From: Blastocatellia bacterium
GTDB taxonomy: Bacteria; Acidobacteriota; Blastocatellia; UBA7656
Assembly (NCBI GenBank): GCA_023265195.1
Contig: JAHFUG010000008.1
Coordinates: forward strand, 1 to 43,734
Length of the DNA: 43,734 nucleotides
Direction: 5' to 3'
The stretch's first letter is position 1. The number at the start of each line of letters is the position of its first letter. The notes below the pieces were generated by a model. The model saw nothing but the letters and a program-made list of their open reading frames with translations, had not been told where the DNA came from and did not search any database. Made by a program: the position numbers and the translations under genes. Shown here one piece after another: positions 1-9,592 of this stretch.

Positions 1-7
1 CCACCAA

Positions 8-520
8 ATGAAAAAAATCGCGTCACTTCTTTGCGCAGTCACTCTCTTGGCTCTCACGGCTGTTAGGGCGGAGTGTCAAAATCCTGTCGTATGCCGCGTA
101 GCGTCCTATCAGCCCGAAGTTCTTTCCTTTCATGGCGACAGCGCCACTGTGCTGAGTCGTTTGGAAGAGCTCAAAGAGCAGCTTCCAATATCCCGGCTCA
201 GAGTTTACATGTTCCTTCTGGAAACTGCCGGTTCTGCCGAGTTGTCGTTGTTCGAAAGGGCTGATGACAACAACTTCAAAGTGTCGCAATGGAACGGCGC
301 TTCGGCTGGAGATTTGCGAGAGCAGATCACCAATAGAATGCTCTCCAACCGAGGGGTGCTCTGTATCGGCGAGCAGTCTAAGGCATTGCTTGCCCAGAAA
401 GTGAAAACAACGAGTCTCGGCGTTGTGCCCGCCCCAGCCACAGCGCGAGCCGCCTTCGGGCACACGATTCAAAAGCACGGCAACGAGTATATGCGCCTGA
501 CGGTTTTCCTATTCTGCTAG
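8..520 (+). CDS. hypothetical secreted protein
   Basis: 170-aa ORF. The N-terminus MKKIASLLCAVTLLALTAVRA looks like a Sec signal peptide. No family recognised. A strong hairpin follows at 563-599. Confidence 0.5.
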   Translation: MKKIASLLCAVTLLALTAVRAECQNPVVCRVASYQPEVLSFHGDSATVLSRLEELKEQLPISRLRVYMFLLETAGSAELSLFERADDNNFKVSQWNGASAGDLREQITNRMLSNRGVLCIGEQSKALLAQKVKTTSLGVVPAPATARAAFGHTIQKHGNEYMRLTVFLFC

Positions 521-562
521 TCCTCACTTTCTTTCGGAGTGAACCCGTCAGATGACCACGAT

Positions 563-599
563 GCGGAGGAGTTTGACCGTCTCGGTCAAACTCCTCCGC
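563..599 (+). terminator. terminator-like hairpin with a perfect 16-bp stem
   Basis: GCGGAGGAGTTTGACC-gtctc-GGTCAAACTCCTCCGC lies 43 nt after the stop of the 8..520 ORF. There is no clear U tract, so function is inferred from position only. Confidence 0.4.
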
Positions 600-1065
600 T
601 CGGCATTGCGTAGCCCCCCAGCGGCCTGCCGCCTCTACGTGTTCACCGGACAGTCACCAGGGCTTCGGGCCCGTTAGTAATCAGGCGGGGGGAACCAAAA
701 GACGCTAAGACTCAACCTTGCTCCTGAGATACGAGCGCCACTGGCCCATCGGTCGCGCCAAACCTTCTCCATTTGCGGTCGTCGAGACGGTCTATTGGCC
801 AAATAATCGCGAATGCCCCTATATCAACCCAGAGCGTCGCTATCTCGTCCTTGTCGTCCCATCCATCTCGATTCCAATCTGAATTTGTCATATACTACGG
901 CTTCTGTTCCAGACTTGTCCGTCTGAGATCTCTGAGTCTCATCGCGATGACGCGCGCGATGAATGTTGAAACTGATTCCTAAAAGCCCGTCTTAGGTAGC
1001 GCGCGCCCGTGACCGCCTGAACCACTTGGCGGATCTAAACGCTGAAGAACAAATTGGAGGACACT

Positions 1066-3912
1066 ATGCTGACAAACAAGCTGCGTCTCTTGTTTTACTC
1101 GCTGATTATACTGACGGCCGCGGCGGTTGCGGCAACTGCCCAGTCCAGGATCACTAGCCCAAAAGAACAGCTCGGGTTCAACCTCGGAGACGACTATCAA
1201 CTGGCGACCTATGCCCAACTGACCGAGTACTGGAAGAAGCTCGCCCAGCAGTCCGACCGGATGAAACTGGTCGAGATCGGCAAGACCGCCGAGGGACGCA
1301 CGATGCTCATGGCGATCATAACCTCGGCCGAGAATCAGAAGAAGCTCGATCATTATAAAGAGATTTCCCGCCGTCTTGCGCTGGCCGAGGGCTTGAATGA
1401 CGAACAAGCACGGGCGCTTGCCGCCGAGGGCAAAGCCGTGGTTTGGATAGACGGAGGTCTCCACGCAACCGAGGTGCTCGGCGCGCAGCAGTTGATGGAA
1501 ATGGTTTATCAGATGGTCAGCCGCAACGACCCGGAAACGCTCCGGCTGCTAAGGGACGACATAATGCTGGCCGTGTGCGTAAACCCTGACGGCATGGATC
1601 TGGTGTCGAACTGGTATATGCGGGAGGCGGATCCCACCAAGCGCTCCACCTCTGGCTTGCCGCGGCTCTATCAAAAGTATATCGGACACGATAACAACCG
1701 CGATTTTTACATGGTGAATCAGCCGGAGACCGAGGCCATCAACAGGGTTTTCTATCAAGAGTGGTTTCCTCAAATTGTGTACAACCATCATCAGACCGGC
1801 CCGGCCGGCACCGTGCTGTTCGCGCCGCCGTTCCGCGATCCATTCAACTACTACTGCGATCCGCTGATACCGATGGGGATCGATTTGGTTGGCGCGGCCA
1901 TGCACAACAGGTTCGTGGCTGAAGGCAAACCCGGCGCGACTATGCGGTCCGGCTCGCCTTATTCTACATGGTGGAACGGTGGATTGAGGACGACTACTTA
2001 TTTTCACAACATGATCGGTCTGTTGACCGAAAGCATCGGCAATCCAACGCCGATGGAAATACCGTTCCTGCCCAGCCGGCAATTGCCGAAAGGCGATTTG
2101 CCTTATCCAATACCGCCGCAGAAGTGGCATTTTCGCCAGTCGATCGAGTACTCGATCACCGCCAACCGCGCCGTACTCGACGTCGCTTCGAAGTATCGCG
2201 AGGACTTCTTATTCAATATCTACCGAATGGGCAAGAACTCGATCGAACGCGGCAGCCGCGATAACTGGACCGTTCACCCGCGGCTGATCGCGGAAGTGAA
2301 CGACGCGATCGCAAAGGACAATGCGCAGGCGGGCGGAAATCAGCAGGGCGGCCGGCGAGGCGGAGGCGACGCGGCTCCCGGGGGCGATACGGCGGGGGCG
2401 CAAGCGTTTGCGCGCGGCGCGCCGCTGAAATATTACGAGATGCTGCGCAATCCGGCGCTGCGCGATCCTCGAGGGTACGTCATTCCGCCGGATCAGCCCG
2501 ACTTCCTGACCGCGATAAAATTCATAAACACGCTGGTGAAGAACGGCGTCACGATTCATAGAGCGACCGGTTCGTTTCAAGCCGCGGGGAAGACATACCC
2601 GGCGGGCTCATACGTTATCAAGACTGCTCAGGCGTTTCGGCCTCACGTAATGGATATGTTCGAGCCTCAGGATCACCCGGACGACATTCCTTATCCAGGT
2701 GGCCCGCCGACACCGCCTTACGACAGCGCCGGATGGACGCTCGCCTATCAAATGGGGGTCGCATTCGACCGAGTGATGGATGGCTTCGAGGGCCCGTTTG
2801 AAAAGCTGACTGGTTTCGCAAAGCCGCCGGCAGGCAACGTGAGCAATTCCTCGGGCGCCGCCGGATTCCTGTTGAGCCATCGCATGAACGATGCTTTCAT
2901 CGCGATCAATCGATTGCTCGCAAGCAACGAAGAGGTCTATTGGTTGAAGCAGCCTCTCGCGGCGGCCGGGCGTTCGTACGAAGCCGGATCAATCTACATC
3001 CCGGCGAAGCCTTCCACTTTGCCTAAGCTTCAGAAGCTCGCCGACGAGATTGGGCTCTCATTCGAAGGAATCAACGCGAAGCCTTCCGGGGAAGCGCTGA
3101 AGCTGCGTCCACTTCGAGTGGGATTGTGGGATCGCTACGGAGGATCGATGCCTTCGGGATGGGTGAGATGGCTGCTCGAGAAGTTCGAGTTTCCATTCAC
3201 GGTTGTCTATCCGCCTACGCTCGATCAAGGCGATCTCGCCGCGAAGTTCGACGTGCTTATATTCGTTGATGGAGGCGTGCCTATGCGGGAGGCGCGCGGC
3301 GGCGGCGAGAATCCGCAAAACAGAATGCCCGATCCCGAAGCGATTCCGGCTGAGTTTCGCGATCGGCTCGGAAGCGTGACGCTCGGCAAGACGGTTCCTC
3401 AGCTTCGCCGCTTTATGGAGTCAGGCGGCGCCGTTCTTTCCATTGGAAGCTCCACCAGCCTGGGTTATCACGTGGGTCTTCCAATCGCCAATGCTCTTGT
3501 CGAAAGACTCGCGGACGCCAGCGAAAGAACGCTGCCTCGTGAGAAGCTGTACATCCCGGGGTCCATACTTCAATTAAAGGTAGACGCTAACGATCCCCTT
3601 GCTTATGGCGTGACGGACAGGGTCGACGTGTTCTTCGACAACAGTCCGGTTTTCAGGCTAAAGCCCGACGCCGCGCTGAAATCCGTCAAGGCCGTCGCGT
3701 GGTTCGACGGCGACAAACCGCTGCGTAGCGGCTGGGCTTGGGGCCAGAAGTATCTTCAAGACGGCGTGGCGGCCGTGAATGCGAACGTTGGGAAAGGCAA
3801 GTTGTTTCTCTTCGGGCCTGAGATTACGTTTCGCGGCCAGCCGCATGGCAGCTTCAAGTTTTTGTTTAACGGCATCTACTACGGAGGCGCCGAGACTGTA
3901 AAACTGCAATAG
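1066..3912 (+). CDS. M14-family zinc carboxypeptidase-like secreted peptidase, large multi-domain form
   Basis: Motifs seen: GGLHATEVLG (HxxE zinc ligands), IGHDNNRDFY and YNHHQTG. Signal-like N-terminus LLFYSLIILTAAAVAATAQS. The ORF track starts at TTG 1054, but ATG 1066 sits 5 nt after GGAGG (1056-1060). Confidence 0.88.
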   Translation: MLTNKLRLLFYSLIILTAAAVAATAQSRITSPKEQLGFNLGDDYQLATYAQLTEYWKKLAQQSDRMKLVEIGKTAEGRTMLMAIITSAENQKKLDHYKEISRRLALAEGLNDEQARALAAEGKAVVWIDGGLHATEVLGAQQLMEMVYQMVSRNDPETLRLLRDDIMLAVCVNPDGMDLVSNWYMREADPTKRSTSGLPRLYQKYIGHDNNRDFYMVNQPETEAINRVFYQEWFPQIVYNHHQTGPAGTVLFAPPFRDPFNYYCDPLIPMGIDLVGAAMHNRFVAEGKPGATMRSGSPYSTWWNGGLRTTTYFHNMIGLLTESIGNPTPMEIPFLPSRQLPKGDLPYPIPPQKWHFRQSIEYSITANRAVLDVASKYREDFLFNIYRMGKNSIERGSRDNWTVHPRLIAEVNDAIAKDNAQAGGNQQGGRRGGGDAAPGGDTAGAQAFARGAPLKYYEMLRNPALRDPRGYVIPPDQPDFLTAIKFINTLVKNGVTIHRATGSFQAAGKTYPAGSYVIKTAQAFRPHVMDMFEPQDHPDDIPYPGGPPTPPYDSAGWTLAYQMGVAFDRVMDGFEGPFEKLTGFAKPPAGNVSNSSGAAGFLLSHRMNDAFIAINRLLASNEEVYWLKQPLAAAGRSYEAGSIYIPAKPSTLPKLQKLADEIGLSFEGINAKPSGEALKLRPLRVGLWDRYGGSMPSGWVRWLLEKFEFPFTVVYPPTLDQGDLAAKFDVLIFVDGGVPMREARGGGENPQNRMPDPEAIPAEFRDRLGSVTLGKTVPQLRRFMESGGAVLSIGSSTSLGYHVGLPIANALVERLADASERTLPREKLYIPGSILQLKVDANDPLAYGVTDRVDVFFDNSPVFRLKPDAALKSVKAVAWFDGDKPLRSGWAWGQKYLQDGVAAVNANVGKGKLFLFGPEITFRGQPHGSFKFLFNGIYYGGAETVKLQ

Positions 3913-4047
3913 AGTCCGGCCTTCGACAAGCTGAGAGGTAAGGAAGTCCGCGAGTCGTCACCGAAATCACGGCGGCGCGTCTCATGGCCTTCCGTTGTGC
4001 GCCTCTTGGTATATATACTTCGGCTCCGTCTCAAGGAGGAATTCTTA

Positions 4048-6222
4048 ATGCGTTTTCGCTGGTTCACGAGAGTGGCAGTGTCTTTTGCCGCCGCGGTCAG
4101 TCTCTTTACTCCAGTCTTCACTCCCGTCGTTCGCGCCCAGTCGAGATCAGAATCCTTGCGGGGCTACTCCCACGCGCAGTCAAGAATCGAGGTTGACTGG
4201 GAGCGGAAAATGCGGGCGGCGCCAAAGCCCGAGTTGCTCCGCGAGTATATGAAACATATGTCCGCCGAGCCTCATCACGTCGGCTCGAGTTACGACAAGC
4301 AGAACGCCGAGTACATCTTGAACAAATTTCGGTCTTGGGGGCTCAAGGCGGAGATCGAAGAATTCGACGTGCTCTTCCCTACTCCGAAAGAGCGGATCGT
4401 TGAAATGATCGAGCCCGAGCGATTTCACGCAACGCTCAAGGAACCTTCGATTCCGGAAGACCCGGATTCCAGCGATGCGAATCAGTTGCCTACATACAAC
4501 GCGTACTCGGGAGAAGGCGATGTGACCGGCCAGCTTGTTTACGTGAACTACGGCGTACCCGCCGACTATGAAGCGTTGGAGAAGCTCGGGGTTGACGTGC
4601 GAGGCAAGATCGCAATAGCCCGATACGGCGGAAGCTGGCGAGGAATCAAGCCGAAGGTTGCTTATGAACACGGCGCAATAGGCTGCTTGATCTACTCGGA
4701 TCCTCGCGATGACGGGTACTTTCAAGGCGACGTCTATCCTCAGGGTCCGTATCGTCCGGCTCAGGGCGTGCAACGCGGCTCGGTCATGGACATGCCGATT
4801 CACCCGGGAGACCCGTTGACCCCAGGCTGGGGCGCTACAAAGGATGCGAAGCGGATCAAGCGCGAGGACGCGGAAGTCATCATGAAGATTCCGGTGCTGC
4901 CTGTCTCGTACGCGGACGCGCTGCCGCTGCTCAAGGCGCTGCGAGGGCCTGTTGCGCCGGAACCGTGGCGCGGGGCGCTGCCGATCACCTATCACGTAGG
5001 ACCCGGCCCGGCCCGCGTTCATTTGAAGGCTACGTTCGATTGGGGAATCCACACGCTCTACGACGTGATCGCTCGAATCGAAGGCTCCGATTCTCCCGAT
5101 CAATGGATCATCTACGGGAACCATCACGACGCGTGGGTTAACGGCGCGGACGATCCGGTGAGCGGAATGGCGACGGTGATGGAGGTAGCTCGCTCTTTCG
5201 GGGAATTGATCCGTCAGGGTTGGCGGCCAAAACGGAGCATCGTCATTTGCGCCTGGGACGGAGAAGAGCCGGCCTTGTTAGGCTCGACCGAGTGGGCGGA
5301 AACGCACGCGGATGAGTTGAAAGACAAGGCGGTCTTGTATCTCAACTCGGACAGTAACGGCAAAGGCTATCTTGGAATTGGAGGCTCGCATTCGCTTGAA
5401 CGATTTTGTAACGAAGTCGCGCGCGACGTCGACGACCCATCGCGAAACAAGTCCGTTCTCGAGGCGCTGAAGGCTCACCGGATCGAGCAGGCTCGGGTGG
5501 ATGAAGACAGGAAAGACATATCGGAACGGGCGGATCAACGCATCGACGCTCTAGGCTCGGGATCCGACTTCACCCCGTTTCTGCAGCACCTCGGAATCGC
5601 CTCGATGAATACGGCCTTCGGCGGCGACGGGGGAGGGGGCGTCTATCATTCCATCTATGATTCCTTCGCCTGGTACACGAAGTTCAGCGACTCGACGTTC
5701 GAGTACGGACGAGCGCTGGCCCAGGTTAACGGGACTGTGGTTATGCGAATGGCGGACTCCGACGTGCTGCCCTTCGAGTTCACCGATCTTGCGGACACTG
5801 TGCAGAGATACATCGAGGATCTGAAGAAACTCGCCAAGAAAAGCGGACGCGAAGTAGACTTCACGGCGCTCAAGGCCGCGGAGAAATCGCTGAGCGAAAG
5901 CGCAAGCCGTTACGAAGCGGCGTTGGCGGCGGCGCCGCTGGACCGCGTCCGCCGCGCGAAAGAATTGAATGAGCTTTTGTATAAGTCGGAACGAAAGCTG
6001 ACCAACGAGAAGGGGCTGCCGCGCCGCTCGTGGTTCGTGCATCAGCTTTACGCGCCCGGCTTCTACACTGGTTATGGAGTGAAGACGATTCCCGGGGTCA
6101 GGGAAGCGATAGAAGAGAAGCACTGGGATGAAGTCGAGCCCCAGATGAGGAATGTAGTGTCGGCATTGGAGGCGCTTCGAGATCAGGTCGACGCGGCCAC
6201 GAAAATGTTGCAGAGTAAATAA
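4048..6222 (+). CDS. M28-family peptidase with PA domain and transferrin-receptor-like dimerisation domain (glutamate carboxypeptidase II / NAALADase-like)
   Basis: Motifs seen: NHHDAWVNGADDPVSG, CAWDGEEPALLGSTEW and a YHSIYDSF-type C-terminal region. Signal peptide MRFRWFTRVAVSFAAAVSLF. ATG 4048 follows AAGGAGGA (4033-4040); the ORF track begins upstream at 3997. Confidence 0.88.
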   Translation: MRFRWFTRVAVSFAAAVSLFTPVFTPVVRAQSRSESLRGYSHAQSRIEVDWERKMRAAPKPELLREYMKHMSAEPHHVGSSYDKQNAEYILNKFRSWGLKAEIEEFDVLFPTPKERIVEMIEPERFHATLKEPSIPEDPDSSDANQLPTYNAYSGEGDVTGQLVYVNYGVPADYEALEKLGVDVRGKIAIARYGGSWRGIKPKVAYEHGAIGCLIYSDPRDDGYFQGDVYPQGPYRPAQGVQRGSVMDMPIHPGDPLTPGWGATKDAKRIKREDAEVIMKIPVLPVSYADALPLLKALRGPVAPEPWRGALPITYHVGPGPARVHLKATFDWGIHTLYDVIARIEGSDSPDQWIIYGNHHDAWVNGADDPVSGMATVMEVARSFGELIRQGWRPKRSIVICAWDGEEPALLGSTEWAETHADELKDKAVLYLNSDSNGKGYLGIGGSHSLERFCNEVARDVDDPSRNKSVLEALKAHRIEQARVDEDRKDISERADQRIDALGSGSDFTPFLQHLGIASMNTAFGGDGGGGVYHSIYDSFAWYTKFSDSTFEYGRALAQVNGTVVMRMADSDVLPFEFTDLADTVQRYIEDLKKLAKKSGREVDFTALKAAEKSLSESASRYEAALAAAPLDRVRRAKELNELLYKSERKLTNEKGLPRRSWFVHQLYAPGFYTGYGVKTIPGVREAIEEKHWDEVEPQMRNVVSALEALRDQVDAATKMLQSK

Positions 6223-6286
6223 CTCCCGGAGGGTGGCGTAGCGGCGCAGGCCCCAACAAAAGGTCCGCGCCCCTCAACTTCCGTGT

Positions 6287-6418
6287 TACCTGAAGCTCAG
6301 CGACAGGCGAGTCGGCCTGCTTATCAACTTCAACGTGCGTCACCCGCGAGACGGAATCAAGCGGATAGTAAATCGACTGAGACGAGGCCCTACGAGCCCG
6401 CGCGTCCTCCGAGGTTGA
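6287..6418 (+). pseudogene. C-terminal relic of a GxxExxY-family (PD-(D/E)XK-like) small protein
   Basis: Frame translation is YLKLSDRRVGLLINFNVRHPRDGIKRIVN, then a stop at 6416-6418. This resembles the characteristic C-terminus of GxxExxY proteins (..YLK..g..vGLLINF....gIkRiv). No N-terminal part and no start codon are present. Confidence 0.35.
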
Positions 6419-6478
6419 CCCATTCCGGACAGGCTGACCGCGGAGGGCGCAGAGGCGCGCCGGAGGAAAGAAACACAA

Positions 6479-8557
6479 ATGAGCAGGAGACGTTCGGCAA
6501 TCATTGCATGCATAATCTCGGCAAGCTCCTTAGCTGCGCTTGCCCAGGAATACAAATCTCCGCCAAAAACGCGCACGGACAACGTCACTGAAACCATACA
6601 CGGAGTCACGGTAACGGACCCGTACCGATGGCTCGAGGATCAAAATAGCGCCGAGACTCGCGCATGGATCACCGCCCAGAATGAACATACCCAATCGATT
6701 ATCGGGGCGTTGCCGGGCCGAGGCCGCATACGAGAGCGGCTGACACAGTTGCTGAAGGTTGACGCCGTTACCGCTCCGTTCGAGAGAGGCGGACGCTACT
6801 TCTACACAAAACGGCGCGCCGATCAGAATCAGCCGGTGTACTACCTGCGAAGGGGCCTGTCAGGCAAGGAAGAAGTGCTGCTCGATCCGAATACAATGAG
6901 CCCCGACCAAACGACTTCGATCCGCCTGCTCGACGTCACGCCGGATGGAAAGCGCCTCGCATACGGCGTTCAACAGGGCGGAGAGGACGAGATCACCGTA
7001 TCCATCCTCGACGTCGAAACCGGGAAAGAACTCCCAGATCATCTTCCAAGAGGGCGGCTGGGCGTCTCGCTGAAACCCGATATGAGCGGTTTTTTCTATT
7101 CGCGGTTCACGAACAGCGTCGGCCCTCGGGTCTACTATCACGCGATCGGAACGAATACGGCCGGTGATCAGGAGATTTTCGGCAAAGGATTCGGGCCGCA
7201 GAATTTCATCACGGAGAGCGTCACCGATGACGGACGATACTTACAATTGAGCGTGAGTTTGTCGCGGGACAAAACCGATATTTACGTTCAAGACCTGGCT
7301 AACAAGGGGCCGATCGCGCCGATCGTCAAAGACATAGACGCCGCCTTTTCAGGTCAGATCGCGGGCGATCAGCTTTTTCTCTCGACCAACTGGCAAGCGC
7401 CGAACAGGCGAATTCTAGCGGTCGACTTGAAGCACCCGGCCCGCGAACTCTGGCGGGAGGTAACGCCCGAAACAACGTCCGTCATTGACGGCTTCTCGCT
7501 TGCCGGCGGGAAGATTTTCGTGAGCTATCTGGAAAACGTGCGTTCTCGCGTCAAGGTGTTCGATCCTTCCGGAAAGCACGTGCGCGATATCGCTTTTCCA
7601 ACGCTGGGCAGGGCCAGCGGCCTTTCGGGGAACTGGGAGCGCGATGACGCCTTCTACACCTTTAGTTCGTTCGCGCAGCCGCCGACGATCTACCATTACC
7701 ATGTGTCATCGGGAAAGCAAGAGGTGTGGGCGCGCAATAACGTTCCGGTCAAGGCCGATGAGATAGGCGTGAAACAAGTCTGGTTCCAGTCGAAAGACTC
7801 AACCAGGATACCGATGTTCCTGGTGCACAGGAAAGGAATCAAACTCGATGGCAAGCGCCCGGCGCTGCTAACCGGTTATGGCGGATTCAACATCAGCCTC
7901 ATGCCGGGCTTCTCGGCTACTGCGGCTTACTGGGCTGAGGTGGGGGGTGTTTACGCGGTCGCGAACCTGCGCGGCGGAGGCGAACTCGGCGAAAAATGGC
8001 ACAAGGCGGGGATGTTGGAGAACAAACAAAAGGTGTTCGATGACTTCATAGGAGCCGCCGAGTGGTTGATCGAGAACGGGTACACAAACCCATCGAAGCT
8101 GGCGATCAGCGGCAGCTCGAACGGAGGTCTGCTTGCCGGCGCGGCCATGACCCAGCGGCCGGAGCTTTTTCGGGCGGTATTATGTTTGTACCCTCTGCTC
8201 GACATGGTGCGTTATCAGAACTTTCTCGTGGCGCGATTCTGGGTCCCGGAGTACGGGTCTTCGGAGGATCCCAATCAGTTTCCGTACATATACAAGTACT
8301 CCCCATATCACAACGTGAAGAAGGGCGTGAAGTATCCCGCCGTTCTCTTCGTCACCGGCGATTCGGACACTCGGGTGGCTCCGCTGCACGCCCGGAAGAT
8401 GGCGGCGTTGGTTCAAGCCTCCACGGGCTCGGATCGGCCGGTTCTATTGCACTACGACACGAAGTCGGGACACGCGGGGGGCGCTCCGGTTAGTAAGCAG
8501 ATCGAAGACGAAACCGGCGAGTTGAGCTTCTTGTTTTGGCAGCTCGGCGTGAAGTAG
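6479..8557 (+). CDS. prolyl oligopeptidase (S9A family serine peptidase)
   Basis: N-terminal hallmark DPYRWLED. Nucleophile elbow GSSNGGLL, Asp in GDSDTRV and His in SGHAGG. RBS GGAGGAAAG lies upstream of ATG 6479. Signal-like N-terminus. Confidence 0.92.
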   Translation: MSRRRSAIIACIISASSLAALAQEYKSPPKTRTDNVTETIHGVTVTDPYRWLEDQNSAETRAWITAQNEHTQSIIGALPGRGRIRERLTQLLKVDAVTAPFERGGRYFYTKRRADQNQPVYYLRRGLSGKEEVLLDPNTMSPDQTTSIRLLDVTPDGKRLAYGVQQGGEDEITVSILDVETGKELPDHLPRGRLGVSLKPDMSGFFYSRFTNSVGPRVYYHAIGTNTAGDQEIFGKGFGPQNFITESVTDDGRYLQLSVSLSRDKTDIYVQDLANKGPIAPIVKDIDAAFSGQIAGDQLFLSTNWQAPNRRILAVDLKHPARELWREVTPETTSVIDGFSLAGGKIFVSYLENVRSRVKVFDPSGKHVRDIAFPTLGRASGLSGNWERDDAFYTFSSFAQPPTIYHYHVSSGKQEVWARNNVPVKADEIGVKQVWFQSKDSTRIPMFLVHRKGIKLDGKRPALLTGYGGFNISLMPGFSATAAYWAEVGGVYAVANLRGGGELGEKWHKAGMLENKQKVFDDFIGAAEWLIENGYTNPSKLAISGSSNGGLLAGAAMTQRPELFRAVLCLYPLLDMVRYQNFLVARFWVPEYGSSEDPNQFPYIYKYSPYHNVKKGVKYPAVLFVTGDSDTRVAPLHARKMAALVQASTGSDRPVLLHYDTKSGHAGGAPVSKQIEDETGELSFLFWQLGVK

Positions 8558-8639
8558 AGGCCAGGACAGGAGCAGGGGCGGTGAGCTCGGAGGATCCGAA
8601 TCAGATAATGGGAATCTCACACGATTACGAGGAGGCCAT

Positions 8640-9368
8640 ATGATCAAGACAACAAGAACAATCGGGCTTTGGATTGGAGCAGTCTTTCTTCTCGCGGGCT
8701 TTTCGAGAGGTGGTGGTCAGTTAAGCAAGCCATACACTCAGTGGAACGAGAAGGAGGCCCAGAAGTTACTCGACGACTCGCCTTGGGGACAGACCCAGGT
8801 GTGGAGCGACACCTCGCGCATGTTTCAGACTGGGCCGGGCCGGACGGCGAATGCGAGTCAGACTCGGGATTCTTCGGCGGATCACGTGAACTTCCGAATC
8901 AGGTTTCTATCCGCAAGGCCGATACGACAGGCGACATGCCGAGTCATCGAACTCCAGCAAAAGGGCCCCCTGCCCGAGCAACTCACGGCGCAACTCAAAG
9001 CATTTGCCGCGGGCGACTTCCCGGATTATGTTGTTGTCACTTTGACCGTCGACACCAGAGGAACGGAAGCAAGAGACCAGGTTCAAACGGCTGTTTCTTT
9101 GTTGCAGACGCTAACAACGGCGGAATTGAAGAACAACACCTACCTGCTGCCAAGGGGGGGCGAGCGCGTTTTTCTCGAGGAGTATCAGACACCCAAGAAA
9201 GACGGGCTCGGAGCGAGGTTCATCTTTCCGCGGCTTGTTAAAGGCGAACCCTTCGTCAATGTTGAAAGCGGCGAACTTCTGTTCCACTCGGAGTTGAAGG
9301 GCGGCCCAACGATCAACATGCGTTACAAGACAAAGGACATGGTCTACAACGGCAAGTTCGAATACTAG
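8640..9368 (+). CDS. hypothetical secreted protein
   Basis: 242-aa ORF. GAGGAGG lies 4 nt before ATG 8640. N-terminal hydrophobic segment IGLWIGAVFLLAGF. No family recognised. Confidence 0.6.
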   Translation: MIKTTRTIGLWIGAVFLLAGFSRGGGQLSKPYTQWNEKEAQKLLDDSPWGQTQVWSDTSRMFQTGPGRTANASQTRDSSADHVNFRIRFLSARPIRQATCRVIELQQKGPLPEQLTAQLKAFAAGDFPDYVVVTLTVDTRGTEARDQVQTAVSLLQTLTTAELKNNTYLLPRGGERVFLEEYQTPKKDGLGARFIFPRLVKGEPFVNVESGELLFHSELKGGPTINMRYKTKDMVYNGKFEY

Positions 9369-9370
9369 AA

Positions 9371-9423
9371 GGCAGTGGTCAGCGGTCAGTGGTCAGCGGT
9401 CAGCGGTCAGCGGTCAGCAGTCG
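9371..9423. repeat. heptanucleotide tandem repeat (GGTCAGC/GGTCAGT), about 6 full units
   Basis: Read directly: ggcagt ggtcagc ggtcagt ggtcagc ggtcagc ggtcagc ggtcagc agtcgag. It is intergenic, between the 8640..9368 ORF and the M24 peptidase gene. Confidence 0.95.
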
Positions 9424-9528
9424 AGGTGCAAGGTGAGGAAGCGTCAGGGGTCAATCGGGGAGTGAGCAACCCGCAGTTGTGATGGGAGTGATAGATCGAG
9501 AGCGGCGGCTGCTGAGCTAGGTGCTGCC

Positions 9529-9562
9529 GGCTATTAATCACTGGCTGGCTATTAATCACTGG
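9529..9562. repeat. two tandem copies of GGCTATTAATCACTGG (18-bp period) just upstream of the M24 gene RBS
   Basis: Exact copies at 9529-9544 and 9547-9562. Each contains the palindrome ATTAAT within a TATTAAT -10-like hexamer. Confidence 0.9.
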
Positions 9563-9592
9563 CCACTGTCCTCAGTACGGAGGGTTGAAGAA

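Noticed and set aside
712-891. A 59-aa minus-strand ORF (MTNSDWNRDGWDDKDEIATLWVDIGAFAIIWPIDRLDDRKWRRF...) with Trp at positions 6, 11, 21, 31 and 41.
   Set aside because: The Trp periodicity is curious, but there is no RBS, no recognisable family and no supporting context. The ORF cannot be supported as a gene from sequence alone.
4180-5127. Long antisense ORFs lie inside confidently assigned genes. Examples: 4180..5127(-), 1549..2130(-), 10118..10717(-), 20435..21463(-), 21580..22218(-), 24855..25478(-), 22786..23319(-), 30379..31326(-), 5551..6123(-), 39275..39736(-).
   Set aside because: They sit fully inside genes with clear family motifs on the other strand. Their translations are Arg/Pro/Gly-rich, typical of GC-rich antisense frames, and they lack RBS or recognisable motifs. 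The duplicated ones are merely carried along by the 1.22-kb repeat.
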